Source of the DNA: Coraliomargaritaceae bacterium
Lineage (GTDB): Bacteria; Verrucomicrobiota; Verrucomicrobiia; Opitutales; Coraliomargaritaceae
Reading direction: 5' to 3'
NCBI GenBank assembly: GCA_965656495.1
Contig: CBFHKU010000002.1
Coordinates: 1-64,000, forward strand
Length of the DNA: 64,000 bases
The notes beneath the pieces were generated by a model. It saw only the letters and a list, made by a program, of their open reading frames with translations, was not told the DNA's origin and did no database searches. Below, one piece after another: positions 47,581 to 57,247 of the stretch. Made by a program: the position numbers and the translations under genes. Position 1 is the first letter of the stretch. Every line of letters begins with the position of its first letter.

Positions 47581-47939
47581 TTGCACGCAATTGGTAAAAT
47601 TGCTATTCTGCTTCTAATAAACTTTATAGCAAAGTGCTAGAGGCGCATCACACATTATCACTGCAAAAGCTATTGGGAGCAGCACTAAATGTGATGGCGG
47701 AATTACTCCATTGAGCAAATCCGCATCAAAAATGTTACTTATTTCTTAACAAACCCAATCCAAAGGGCAATGGAAGTGCCTATTTAATAGCTGTAGGCGA
47801 TTGCGATTCGACTACACCCACCCTGACTCTCACTACAGTAATAGAATCAGCGATCCTAGTTCTAATCACAGGCATTGTAATTAGAATCTACGCCCTGCAG
47901 CAGCGCACGCGTAAAGTACAAGCTCCCTTTATAAAATAA
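47581..47939 (+). pseudogene. Decayed secreted-protein gene with PEP-CTERM-like tail
   Basis: Three frameshifted segments: signal-like KIAILLLINFIA; SARGASHIITAKAIG...GITPL; ...TLTLTTVIESAILVLITGIVIRIYALQQRTRK. Confidence 0.35.
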
Positions 47940-47999
47940 GGGTAGAAATGGGATACAATCGATTTTTGCACACACAAGATAGCAATCACCTATCTTGTA

Positions 48000-48674
48000 T
48001 TAGAAAATATGCTTGATGGAAAATTCGTAAACTACCGAAGATGCATCGCCATTGTCCAGAGTCACTCCTTGATATTCAAATTCGGCATCTTCTGCGCCGA
48101 TATACCGTGTCCCTAGCGACAGGCTGGTTGAATCGAATATATAGTAATCTAAACTCACACCAAATTGATATGTAATGACCTTATCATCAGAACTATAATT
48201 ATTGCTTGAGCCTGAATTTGTGTAAAATAATTTTTGATCAATTTGCATAAGACCTATACCACCGCTCAAAGTAAGATTAAAATCATCATTAAGAAGCCAA
48301 TCATAATTTAATTTTAGAGAGAACATGTTGATATCGTACTCTTCTTTTACATAAGTCTCTCCTACGTTAATGGTAGCTTCCAAATAATAGGAATAAAAAA
48401 TGGCTTCGTCGGCATCGGCTATTTCTAAAGAACTGGCCTCGGTCTTTGAATTTGCATATTCAAAACCAAAGCTGAAACCCTCAAAGCCTGTAGTGAAACC
48501 AGCTTCAATTGTAGAAATGCGCGCATCTTTGAGCGAAGTATTTGTTTCCAGGTTTCGATACAATGCCCCATTCGTCTGTGGTGACTGAATACCTTGGGAA
48601 ATTTTTAGATAGTGCTCAGCAAATGAGTATGTAGCGGTAAAAAATACAAGTAAGGGTATAATTTTTCTGTTCAT
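48000..48674 (-). CDS. Outer-membrane beta-barrel protein (OmpA-like transmembrane domain)
   Basis: Signal peptide, alternating strands, YQFGVSLDY, C-terminal Phe; markedly AT-rich. Confidence 0.8.
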   Translation of the reverse strand: MNRKIIPLLVFFTATYSFAEHYLKISQGIQSPQTNGALYRNLETNTSLKDARISTIEAGFTTGFEGFSFGFEYANSKTEASSLEIADADEAIFYSYYLEATINVGETYVKEEYDINMFSLKLNYDWLLNDDFNLTLSGGIGLMQIDQKLFYTNSGSSNNYSSDDKVITYQFGVSLDYYIFDSTSLSLGTRYIGAEDAEFEYQGVTLDNGDASSVVYEFSIKHIF

Positions 48675-48809
48675 TCTAGCAAAAAGGCCCGAACCCTGTT
48701 TTCAGTCAACAGAAAAAGTGATTTTTGCTTCGTATTATTTAACCATAATAAAAATCATAAAATATAGGGTTATGATAACAATTTATTTTAAGAAATCAGT
48801 ACCTCATCT

Positions 48810-49787
48810 TTAGAAAAATTCTAGTTGATTGTCGCGGTTGAGGGACCAGGCTTCGCGGCCCCGGCGGCGGAGGTCGGCGGCGAGGGAAGCGGTGGATCCG
48901 TGCATAAGATAGGTGGTGCGGGGGTTGACCTGTTCGACGAATTGGAGGAGGTCGGGATAATCGGCGTGATCGGAGAGCGGGAGGACGGTGTCGGTGCGGT
49001 AGCGGTAACGGGCGGATTCCTGCAAGGCCCATCCGCTGATCATGGCGAGGCGGTGCGGGGGAATGTCGGCAGGGATTTGTTTGCGAATGGTGGGGGGCAT
49101 GACCACGACCTGAGCGTCCAGGTTGTCAAAGTCGAGGGGACGGGTCTCGGGCATGGGGATGCCGTGTTGCGTATAGACTTGGTTGAGGGCGCGGATGGTG
49201 CGGTGCGCCATGATGGGCAGCTCCGAGGCTTCGAGAATTTTCAGGACTTCCTGTGCTTTGCCGAGGGAATAGGCGAGGAGGATCGGGACTTGACCGTCGT
49301 CGAGAGTTTCGCGGCAAAAGCTCACGATGCCCGCTTGGATGGTTTCGGTGGGCGGGAAGACAAACTCGGGTCGCCCGAAGGTGGATTCCATCACAAGGGT
49401 ATCGGCGTGCGGGATTTCGATGGGCTCGGCGGCGAGCCCCGGTCGGGTCTTGAAATCGCCGGTATAGAGGAGGGATTCGCCGGATGGGGTTTCGACGCGC
49501 ACCATCGCGGAACCGAGGACATGACCGGCGGGATAAAGTTGAATCGTGAGGGGGCCGTGTTGGTAGGTTTCGCGGTAGTTGAGCGGAATGCCGCGTCGCG
49601 CCACCGCGTCACCGAGGCGGATGCGGATAAAGTCGATGGTGGGCGGGGTCGCAAGAAAGGACTCATGGCGGGCGGTGTGGTCACTGTGCGCGTGGGACAC
49701 GACCGCAAAGGGCTTGGGGCGCCGCGCGTCCATCCAAAGCCCGCAATCGGGCAAATAGAGCCCGCCGCGTTCAACCGGAGTCAACAT
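48810..49787 (-). CDS. MBL/beta-CASP nuclease (ligase-associated exonuclease-like)
   Basis: SHAHSDH, PAGHVLGSA, YTGDFK, MESTFG, YSLGKAQ, LSDHAD. Confidence 0.88.
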   Translation of the reverse strand: MLTPVERGGLYLPDCGLWMDARRPKPFAVVSHAHSDHTARHESFLATPPTIDFIRIRLGDAVARRGIPLNYRETYQHGPLTIQLYPAGHVLGSAMVRVETPSGESLLYTGDFKTRPGLAAEPIEIPHADTLVMESTFGRPEFVFPPTETIQAGIVSFCRETLDDGQVPILLAYSLGKAQEVLKILEASELPIMAHRTIRALNQVYTQHGIPMPETRPLDFDNLDAQVVVMPPTIRKQIPADIPPHRLAMISGWALQESARYRYRTDTVLPLSDHADYPDLLQFVEQVNPRTTYLMHGSTASLAADLRRRGREAWSLNRDNQLEFF

Positions 49788-49847
49788 AGCTGACAAGATG
49801 CCGCAGTTTTGGAAAACCGCGAGCGCGGGTGGCGTTTTTTGGGCGGG

Positions 49848-51245
49848 TTAAATATGGATGGCTTCGCCAAAGACGGAGGCCGCCGCTTCCATCATCGCTT
49901 CACTCATGGTGGGGTGCGCGTGGATGGTGTTGTGGATCTCGGCAGCAGTGGCTTCGAGCTTCATACCGAGGCCGTATTCCGCGATCATTTCGGTCGCTTC
50001 ACCGCCTACGATGTGGGCGCCGAGGATTTCTCCGTGCTCAGGGTCGACGAGCATTTTAACAAAGCCTTCGGAGGTTCCGGAGGCGACTGCCTTGCCGGAT
50101 GCCATGAAGGGGAATTTGCCCACCTTGTAGTCGATGCCTTCTTCTTTGAGGGCCTTTTCAGTTTTTCCGATGCTGGCGACCTGCGGAACGCAATAGGTAC
50201 AGCCGGGGAAATTCGTGACGCGCTCGGGGGTTCCGTGTCCGAACATACCCTGCACTGCCTGAATGGCTTCGTAGGTGGCAACGTGCGCCAACCAAGGGGG
50301 GCCGATGATATCACCGGCGGCGTAAATCCCGGGGATGGAGGATTCGTAATGATCGTTGACCTGAATGTAGCCGCGATCGGTCGCAAGCTTCACCTTGGAG
50401 GAGAGGAGCTGCTCGGTGTTGGCAACCACCCCGATTGCGATGAGGACGACATCTGCGGTCACTGCTTCGCGGGCCTCCCCTTTCACGAGATCCATTTTTA
50501 CGGATTTACCACTCACTTTGATATTTTCAACGGCGGTGGAAACGCGGCAATCGATGCCTTGTTTTTTGAACTCTTTGCCGACCAAAGCGGCGATGTCCTT
50601 GTCTTCCACCGGGAGGAGTTGATCCTGCATTTCAACGAGGGTGACCTTCGTGCCGAAGGCGTTGAGGAAATAGGCAAATTCCGCTCCGATGGCGCCGGCG
50701 CCCACGATTACGATGGACTTCGGTTGTTCCTTCATCTCGAGCGCCTGACGGGAAGTCATGACGCGTTCGCCATCGACTTCGAGATCCGGCAACTGGCGCG
50801 GTTTACAACCGGTCGTGACGAGAATCTTATCGGAGGAAAGGATGCGGCCCTTGTCGGGTCCATCGACGACCTCAACCATCCCCGGGACGCTGATCTGCCC
50901 GACGCCCTTGACGTAATCGACCTTGTTTTTCTTAAAGAGGAATTCAATGCCCTTTGCCATCGTGTCGGAAACCCCGCGCGAACGCTGGATGATTTTCCCG
51001 AAGTCGTATTTCGCGCCGCTGATGCTGATACCGAAGTCGTCGCAATGCTGGATCTTGTTGAAGAGCTCGGCGCTCTTGAGGAGTGCCTTGGAGGGGATAC
51101 AACCCCAATTGAGGCAGGTGCCCCCGGGGCGTTCCTGTTCGACACAGGCGACTTTTTTGCCGAGTTGCCCGGCGCGGATAGCAGCAGCATAACCGGCGGG
51201 GCCACCACCGATTACAACGAGATCATACTGGGTTTGATTGGACAT
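49848..51245 (-). CDS. lpdA: Dihydrolipoamide dehydrogenase (second paralogue)
   Basis: GGGPAGY, GGTCLNWGCIPSK, HAHPTMSE. Confidence 0.95.
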   Translation of the reverse strand: MSNQTQYDLVVIGGGPAGYAAAIRAGQLGKKVACVEQERPGGTCLNWGCIPSKALLKSAELFNKIQHCDDFGISISGAKYDFGKIIQRSRGVSDTMAKGIEFLFKKNKVDYVKGVGQISVPGMVEVVDGPDKGRILSSDKILVTTGCKPRQLPDLEVDGERVMTSRQALEMKEQPKSIVIVGAGAIGAEFAYFLNAFGTKVTLVEMQDQLLPVEDKDIAALVGKEFKKQGIDCRVSTAVENIKVSGKSVKMDLVKGEAREAVTADVVLIAIGVVANTEQLLSSKVKLATDRGYIQVNDHYESSIPGIYAAGDIIGPPWLAHVATYEAIQAVQGMFGHGTPERVTNFPGCTYCVPQVASIGKTEKALKEEGIDYKVGKFPFMASGKAVASGTSEGFVKMLVDPEHGEILGAHIVGGEATEMIAEYGLGMKLEATAAEIHNTIHAHPTMSEAMMEAAASVFGEAIHI

Positions 51246-51299
51246 AATTTTAGCTTTTAAAGTTTACGGAACACCGGATGAGTCAAACACATATGCGCT

Positions 51300-51746
51300 T
51301 CAGACATCAATGACGTCATCGTCGTCCAAGTCTTTGGAAGACGGGGGGCGACGGTTTTGTGGCGATTTCTTAGGGGACTGGACTCGTAGATTGATACCGG
51401 AGGTACCAAGCCATATTTTAGCAAGGAGCGCGGTAAAACTCACGATGAAGGAACCGGCAAGGGCATTTCCGAAGCCCTCGACATAAAACCCGTCGACGAG
51501 TTCAGCGACACCGAGGAAAAGGAAGGCATTGATGAACCAGATCCCGATCCCGAAGCTCAGGACGATAAGCGGCATGGCGAGCAACATCAGAAGCGGCTTA
51601 ACGAAAGTGCTGCAAAGACTCAGGAGGAGTACTGCAAAGAGGAGCGCCTCGGTATCGCGGTAGGCGATTCCCGGGAAGATCAGGGAGGCGAGCAGGATGC
51701 CGAGGGCGGTGAGGAGCCAACTTTGTATGAATGCCCGAAATTGCAT
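51300..51746 (-). CDS. 4-TM membrane protein (DUF360/YvlD, holin superfamily IV)
   Basis: VKPLL..L..P....G.....INA, VDGFYVEGFGNALAG. Confidence 0.82.
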   Translation of the reverse strand: MQFRAFIQSWLLTALGILLASLIFPGIAYRDTEALLFAVLLLSLCSTFVKPLLMLLAMPLIVLSFGIGIWFINAFLFLGVAELVDGFYVEGFGNALAGSFIVSFTALLAKIWLGTSGINLRVQSPKKSPQNRRPPSSKDLDDDDVIDV

Positions 51747-51755
51747 AATTAGGAA

Positions 51756-53117
51756 TTAGGAATCGTTTGCAGGGGTAGTATTGTGGGATTGAATGCGCGC
51801 TTTCAAGGCACGCAACTGTTCCATGCGTTTTGCGGTGGCGGCCTCCGCTCCGGCGTCACCGGGTTGGTAAAATTCTCGGGGCTCCAACATATAGTCCTGC
51901 CCGGAGATGCCCTCGGGGAAATCATGGCTGTACAGATAGCCCTCGCCGTTGCCTAGGGCGCGACTGGTTTTATTGTGGGCATCGCGCAGCCAGGCGGGCA
52001 CGGCCTGCACCGGATCCTTGCGGAGGGCTTTTTTGACCGCGGCAATAGCGCGGGTGGTGGAATTGCTCTTTGGCGAAGTGGCGAGGAAGAGGACCGCGTG
52101 GGCGAGGTTGTATTCACATTCCGGGAGCCCCACCTTTTCGCATGCTTCAAAGGCCGCCACTGCGACGGTCAGGGCATGTGAGTTGGCAAGCCCGATGTCC
52201 TCCGAAGCAAGAATGACGAGTCGGCGCGCGAGGAAACGGGGATCTTCCCCACCCTCCAACATTTTGAAGGTCCAATAAAGCGCGGCATCCGGGTCGGAAC
52301 CGCGAATGCTTTTGATCATGGCAGAGGCGTGGTCGTAGTGCTCATCCTCGTCGCGGTCGTAGCGAATCCGGCGTTCCTTGGCGAAGGCTTCGACCGCTTC
52401 CTGCCCGATGTTGGAACCGTTGGGTTGGCTCAGCACGAGGGTTTCGAGGGCGTTGAGGGCACGTCGGAGATCCCCACCGGCAAATTCCGCCAGCGCCTTG
52501 AAAACTTCCGGATCGGCTTCGCAATTATGAGCGCCCAGTCCCCGCTCCGTCTCGCGCATCGCTTTTTGCAGCACCTCCGCCACCGCATCGGCGTTGACGG
52601 GTTCGAGGCGAAAGAGATGACTGCGGCTCAGGAGCGGCGGGTTCACATAAAAACCGGGATTGTGGGTGGTAGCACCAATCAGTCGAATATTGCCCGCCTC
52701 GACGTCGGGCAGGAGCAGGTCTTGCTGTGATTTATTGAAACGGTGGATTTCATCAATAAAAAGAATGGTGCGGCGCTCCGGCGAATAGCGTGCGAGGCGC
52801 AAGAGCTCCCGTAATTCCGCGACATTTGAAAGCACCGCATTGAGTCGCACGAAATGGCTTTTGGTTTCCTCGGCAATGACTTCCGCCAGGGAGGTCTTTC
52901 CGCAACCGGGCGGCCCATAAAAAATCAAACTCCCGAAATTATCGGCCTTTACGAGGCGCGGCAGGAGGCAATCGGATGCAAGGAGATGCTCCTGCCCCAG
53001 CACCTCGCTGAGATCGCGGGGTCGCATGCGAACCGCGAGGGGGCGGTGCGTCGATACGGGTGATGCCTCGGGGGAATCCGACTTAAAAAGCCCCGCCTGT
53101 TGAGAGTCGTCCGGCAT
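51756..53117 (-). CDS. rarA: Replication-associated recombination protein A (RarA/MgsA)
   Basis: [45 protein letters not shown]; start at MPDDSQQ. Confidence 0.95.
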   Translation of the reverse strand: MPDDSQQAGLFKSDSPEASPVSTHRPLAVRMRPRDLSEVLGQEHLLASDCLLPRLVKADNFGSLIFYGPPGCGKTSLAEVIAEETKSHFVRLNAVLSNVAELRELLRLARYSPERRTILFIDEIHRFNKSQQDLLLPDVEAGNIRLIGATTHNPGFYVNPPLLSRSHLFRLEPVNADAVAEVLQKAMRETERGLGAHNCEADPEVFKALAEFAGGDLRRALNALETLVLSQPNGSNIGQEAVEAFAKERRIRYDRDEDEHYDHASAMIKSIRGSDPDAALYWTFKMLEGGEDPRFLARRLVILASEDIGLANSHALTVAVAAFEACEKVGLPECEYNLAHAVLFLATSPKSNSTTRAIAAVKKALRKDPVQAVPAWLRDAHNKTSRALGNGEGYLYSHDFPEGISGQDYMLEPREFYQPGDAGAEAATAKRMEQLRALKARIQSHNTTPANDS

Positions 53118-53188
53118 TGCACAAAAATCACCTGCTGAGCGGAAACTTGCAAGACGGAAGCCGTCCCGCAATAATTGAACTACTGGCA

Positions 53189-54844
53189 ATGCGAAATCAT
53201 CTGGCATCGGCAAACCGGGCTCCGCTCGCTTATTTACTGTGTAGCCTTATCGCAGGTCTGTTGCTCGCGCGGATCGCCAGCATTGAGGGTCTTCCGATGG
53301 GACTGCTCGGTCTGGTCGGCGCGGTGGGTTCGGTCCTGCTGTCGCAGCGGAAAGGATGGGCATTGTGGCTATGGGGACCGGTCTTTCTGCTTTCAGGCAC
53401 GGTGGTTTTTTGCAGTTACGGCTTGCTACGCCTGCCACCGGCTCTCGATGGAGCGGCTCTCAATCAAACTCCCAGAGAAGCGCGCCTTAAGATGCAACTC
53501 ATCCGGGTTTTTAACAACAAGGCCGCACCGGGCGACAAGGTCAGTGGCATAGCGCAAGTGCTTCCCGGCCCCGCTTACCGCCATATCGAGCCCGGAGCAC
53601 GTGTTTATTTTAACCTGCAAGCCGGAGCAGAAGCTGCACCGCAACTTCACAAGGGCGTGCAAATCGAAAGCGTCGGCGTGCTTCGCACCCTGCCTGATAC
53701 CCAAGCATCGGGCTTTAATCGATATTTGTTGAATAGTGGAGTTTATTATCGGTTCAGCCAAAATGCCTCATTGCGCATCACGCGACCAGCGGGTGCCTTT
53801 AGGAGCTTTTGCATCCGGCAAAATGAGCGCTTCCAAAAAATCCTGAACTCCGGCGCCGAGGGAGTGGCGGATCAGGCACGCGTCTACACCGCGATGCTTC
53901 TGGGCGCGCGCGCGGGTCTGAACCAGGACCAAAAAGATCGTTATCAGGCAAGCGGCGCGATGCATCTATTTGCGATCAGCGGCTTACATATTGGCGTCAT
54001 TGCCACCGCGCTTGCCTCCTGCCTCCGGCTGATCCGCATCCCGAATCAATTGGCGCCCTTCCTCGGACTGCCCCTGCTTTATCTCTATGTCGAAATTACC
54101 GGTGGAACTCCCTCCGCGATGCGTGCCTTCCTGATGACCCTTTTCTTTTGGACGGCCTATACTTTTCAGCGCCAGCGTAACCCCTTTGCGGCATTGATGG
54201 CCTCCGCGCTTGGGGTCTTGTTGATTGACCCACTACAGCTTTGGAGTCTGGGGTTCCAACTCTCCTATGCGGTGGTTGCCAGTATTCTGCTGCTGGGCCT
54301 GCCGCTCCAAGGGGTACTGACTCGCTGGGCGCGACCCTTTCGCTGGTTGCCGGAAAACGACTGGACCCGCGGGCAACGTATCTTGCAACGCAGCATTGAT
54401 TGTTTTCTGCTCTTATTTTCAATCAGTTTTTCGGCATGGCTTGCCAGTATTCCCCTGAGCTTGGGGCACTTCGGATATCTCAGTCTACCGGCAGTCTTTA
54501 TCAATATGCTACTCGTCAACATGGCTGCCCTTGTTATCTGTACCGGTTGTCTTTCACTGGCGAGTGGGCTGCTCCTGTGGACAGGCTTGGCGGCATTTTT
54601 CAATCATGCCGCCTGGCTGGTGATCACCTGCATGGACGCTCTATCCGGATGGATTGCAGCGATTCCCGGCGCGGTGCTTGAATCAAAGGACTTTCCCCTG
54701 CCTTTATCCTACAGTGCGCTGCTGGTATATTTCGCCTGTTTAATTTTAGTAAACCGCAAACCCGCGCAGCTCAATGCCGCACGGCTTGCGGCTGCTCCGG
54801 CATTACTCGGCCTGCTCGTGGTTGGAGCTTTCCTGTGGGCATAA
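53189..54844 (+). CDS. comEC: ComEC/Rec2 competence protein (no C-terminal MBL domain)
   Basis: AMLLG, HLFAISGLH, PSAMRA, GFQLSY; multi-TM. Confidence 0.9.
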   Translation: MRNHLASANRAPLAYLLCSLIAGLLLARIASIEGLPMGLLGLVGAVGSVLLSQRKGWALWLWGPVFLLSGTVVFCSYGLLRLPPALDGAALNQTPREARLKMQLIRVFNNKAAPGDKVSGIAQVLPGPAYRHIEPGARVYFNLQAGAEAAPQLHKGVQIESVGVLRTLPDTQASGFNRYLLNSGVYYRFSQNASLRITRPAGAFRSFCIRQNERFQKILNSGAEGVADQARVYTAMLLGARAGLNQDQKDRYQASGAMHLFAISGLHIGVIATALASCLRLIRIPNQLAPFLGLPLLYLYVEITGGTPSAMRAFLMTLFFWTAYTFQRQRNPFAALMASALGVLLIDPLQLWSLGFQLSYAVVASILLLGLPLQGVLTRWARPFRWLPENDWTRGQRILQRSIDCFLLLFSISFSAWLASIPLSLGHFGYLSLPAVFINMLLVNMAALVICTGCLSLASGLLLWTGLAAFFNHAAWLVITCMDALSGWIAAIPGAVLESKDFPLPLSYSALLVYFACLILVNRKPAQLNAARLAAAPALLGLLVVGAFLWA

Positions 54845-54878
54845 AAAACCTGCCGGCGAACACATCGCGAGGCAGGTT
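54843..54878 (-). terminator. Intrinsic terminator after rpmE
   Basis: aacctgcc...ggcaggtt stem with U-tract on minus strand. Confidence 0.7.
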
Positions 54879-54897
54879 GGTAAAGGAAGTAGCCGAA

Positions 54898-55143
54898 CTA
54901 GCGGCGGCGGCGGAACTTCGATTGGAACTTCTCAACGCGGCCTGCGGTGTCGACAAAACGCTTCTCGCCGGTGAAGGCGGGGTGCGAATCGGCGGTGATA
55001 TCGCAAATCACAACCTGATGCTCGACACCATCAATGGTTTCGGTCTTGCTGCCGCGCATCGTCGAGCGGGTCAGGAATTTTGTGCCGGAGGACACGTCCA
55101 CAAAAGCCACCGGATTTAATTTGGGATGTATATCAGTTTTCAC
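54898..55143 (-). CDS. rpmE: 50S ribosomal protein L31, type B (no CxxC)
   Basis: GTG start; KTDIHP, SHPAFTG, DTAGRVEKF. Confidence 0.95.
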   Translation of the reverse strand: MKTDIHPKLNPVAFVDVSSGTKFLTRSTMRGSKTETIDGVEHQVVICDITADSHPAFTGEKRFVDTAGRVEKFQSKFRRRR

Positions 55144-55165
55144 GGAAATAAATGCTGGGGCGTGC

Positions 55166-55291
55166 CTAACCCTGACGGGCTTTGAAACGCGGGTTAGTTT
55201 TGCAAATGACGTAGACACGGCCCTTGCGACGTACAACTTGGCAGTCGGGATGGCGGTCTTTGAGAGACTTGAGTGATGAAACAACTTTCAT
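55166..55291 (-). CDS. rpmJ: 50S ribosomal protein L36, type B (absent from ORF track)
   Basis: Hand translation [41 protein letters not shown] (41 aa). Confidence 0.96.
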   Translation of the reverse strand: MKVVSSLKSLKDRHPDCQVVRRKGRVYVICKTNPRFKARQG

Positions 55292-55380
55292 AGCTACAAT
55301 GAATTAAGAGAACGGCAGAGCAAACGCGGGCGCGTTCTCCTTGTCAATGGAAAATCCCTTCTTTTTAACGGTAAATCCCC

Positions 55381-55956
55381 TCAATTATTGGAGAGATCTT
55401 CCGGTTCATCCGCCCATAAAGCCAGTTCAGGGCTGACTTCCAGCAAGAGTTTACGCCAAAGGGGGTCTCCGGTCGCTTGACCGACATATGGCTTTAACTG
55501 GCTTAAAATCCATGAATCAGTGCTAAGTTCGTTCTCCAGTTGGTTTTCGCTCCATCCCGAATAACCCATGAAAGCCCGCAATTCATAGGCTGGATCCTCC
55601 ACTTTAATTTGAGCGGCCTTGGCTTCATCCATCCCGAAATAGAGCTTAAAGGCGCCCTGCTCCGCCTCGTATTTCCAGGCGGCAAGGATGGCCTGATCCG
55701 AGGAAACGGGCCCGCCGCGGTAAAGCGGGACCTCCGCCAGCGCGGAGCCTGCGAGCTCGGGTTTTATATCAACGAGTTTCCGGCTCAAGGGACGATTCAA
55801 GACAACGCCGAGTGCACCGTCACTGGGAGTGTGCGCAGTCAGGAGAATGACGGAGCGCGTAAAATTCGGATCCTGTAATTCCGGATGCGCCAACAAGAGC
55901 GAGCCGACCATCGCCTCGTTTGTTGCTCTTTCACTGAAATTTGAATTTAAACGCAT
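55381..55956 (-). CDS. YqgE/AlgH (DUF179) family protein
   Basis: DPNFTRSVI, GVVLNRP, GGPV, GYSGW...QLENE; start uncertain. Confidence 0.9.
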   Translation of the reverse strand: MRLNSNFSERATNEAMVGSLLLAHPELQDPNFTRSVILLTAHTPSDGALGVVLNRPLSRKLVDIKPELAGSALAEVPLYRGGPVSSDQAILAAWKYEAEQGAFKLYFGMDEAKAAQIKVEDPAYELRAFMGYSGWSENQLENELSTDSWILSQLKPYVGQATGDPLWRKLLLEVSPELALWADEPEDLSNN

Positions 55957-55960
55957 GCTT

Positions 55961-56467
55961 CTAAAGTTGGGTCACTTTAACTCCCGCTTCATCGAGAAGC
56001 GCTGGAACCAAGGGGTCATTGCGATAGTCGTGGTAGTATTTAACGGTGCGAACACCCGCCGCCGCGAGAATTTTCGCACAGTTCACACAGGGATAATGCG
56101 TCACATACGCAACTGCGCCCTCCAGGGAAACTCCGCGTCGCGCCGCATCACTGATGGCGTTTTGTTCGGCATGAACGGTCGCTTGCTCATGACCGTCGCG
56201 CATGTGCGAGACGTGTTCGGACCCGGCGAGGAAACCATTGTAACCGGCCGCAATAACGCGATTTTTATGCGCACCTGCCGATACGATGACACAACCGACA
56301 TGCAAACGTTCACAACTTGAACGCGAAGCCATGAGCATCGCGGTCGCCATAAAATACGCATCCCAACTCGGTCGCTCCTTCCATGAGTCCGTCAATTTCC
56401 CGACGCTTTCAAGCATGTCGGCGTCCTTGCGCTCCAGTGATACAAATTGCTTTGGGTCTTCCGGCAT
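55961..56467 (-). CDS. dCMP deaminase (ComEB-like)
   Basis: RPSWDAYFM, GYNG, HAEQNAI, PCVNC. Confidence 0.92.
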   Translation of the reverse strand: MPEDPKQFVSLERKDADMLESVGKLTDSWKERPSWDAYFMATAMLMASRSSCERLHVGCVIVSAGAHKNRVIAAGYNGFLAGSEHVSHMRDGHEQATVHAEQNAISDAARRGVSLEGAVAYVTHYPCVNCAKILAAAGVRTVKYYHDYRNDPLVPALLDEAGVKVTQL

Positions 56468-56488
56468 ATCAGCTCATTATTTGCAGCC

Positions 56489-57244
56489 TCATGGGTAAAC
56501 GACAACCTCCGAATACCCCACGGGGAGTTGCGCAAGTACTTCCGGTGAGCTCAACCATGCCCGTGCGGCGCGATCAAATGCCACCAGTCCCGATCCCCCA
56601 GCCTGCCGGGGTAGCCCAAGCAGCACGCGGCTTTTGTTGATATTGATGTAAAACGTGACGGGATTGACGAGTACACTAACGGGATCGAAATCAGGCAGCA
56701 TCGGCAACGGCTGCCAGTTGGAATCCGCGCTACGATAGTAGGCCGTGGGAGTCGCATCGTCAAAAGGCTCCATTGTTTCGGGTAATTCCAAATTACCCCC
56801 ATACAATTTCACGAATCTCGAACCAAGCATATCGCGCGGTGATTCCACCAATCCCGGAACAGGCTCCAGGGCAGCGGCCGCAGACATCTGGCTCAAGAGA
56901 TCGAGGCGAGGTTCAAAGTCTTTCAAAGCTGCCGGAATCGCCAAGGGCTCCCCAACCTGTTTTTGCTGTACGGCATTCCAAGGAGTGGGAATAAAAATTG
57001 GCGCGGTATCAAACAACAACGCCTGCTCGCTTGTGGCATCGTATTCCGAAACTTCCTGCAGAGGAACAAATCGTAGAAAGGGATCCCTTTGCGCCGACTC
57101 TGAATTTTTGATTCCGGGAAGACCCGCAAAAAAGAACAGTAATGTTTGCAACGCAACAAATCCCACGAACAAAAGCTGCACTGCCAGCGGCCAGGAACGC
57201 CAACTCGCGATATATTCGCGCAAGCTATGCTGGATGCGTTTCAT
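56489..57244 (-). CDS. Single-pass membrane protein with TonB/TolA C-terminal-like domain
   Basis: N-terminal TM, Pro-rich region, GSGLVAFDRAA; follows exbD. Confidence 0.55.
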   Translation of the reverse strand: MKRIQHSLREYIASWRSWPLAVQLLFVGFVALQTLLFFFAGLPGIKNSESAQRDPFLRFVPLQEVSEYDATSEQALLFDTAPIFIPTPWNAVQQKQVGEPLAIPAALKDFEPRLDLLSQMSAAAALEPVPGLVESPRDMLGSRFVKLYGGNLELPETMEPFDDATPTAYYRSADSNWQPLPMLPDFDPVSVLVNPVTFYININKSRVLLGLPRQAGGSGLVAFDRAARAWLSSPEVLAQLPVGYSEVVVYP

Positions 57245-57247
57245 AAA

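Noticed and set aside
51300..51746. Holin suggesting a prophage
   Set aside because: DUF360 proteins are common chromosomal membrane proteins, and no phage genes are nearby.
55144..55284. Extended L31 N-terminus in the ORF track
   Set aside because: Region encodes L36 in another frame; L31 starts at GTG 55143.
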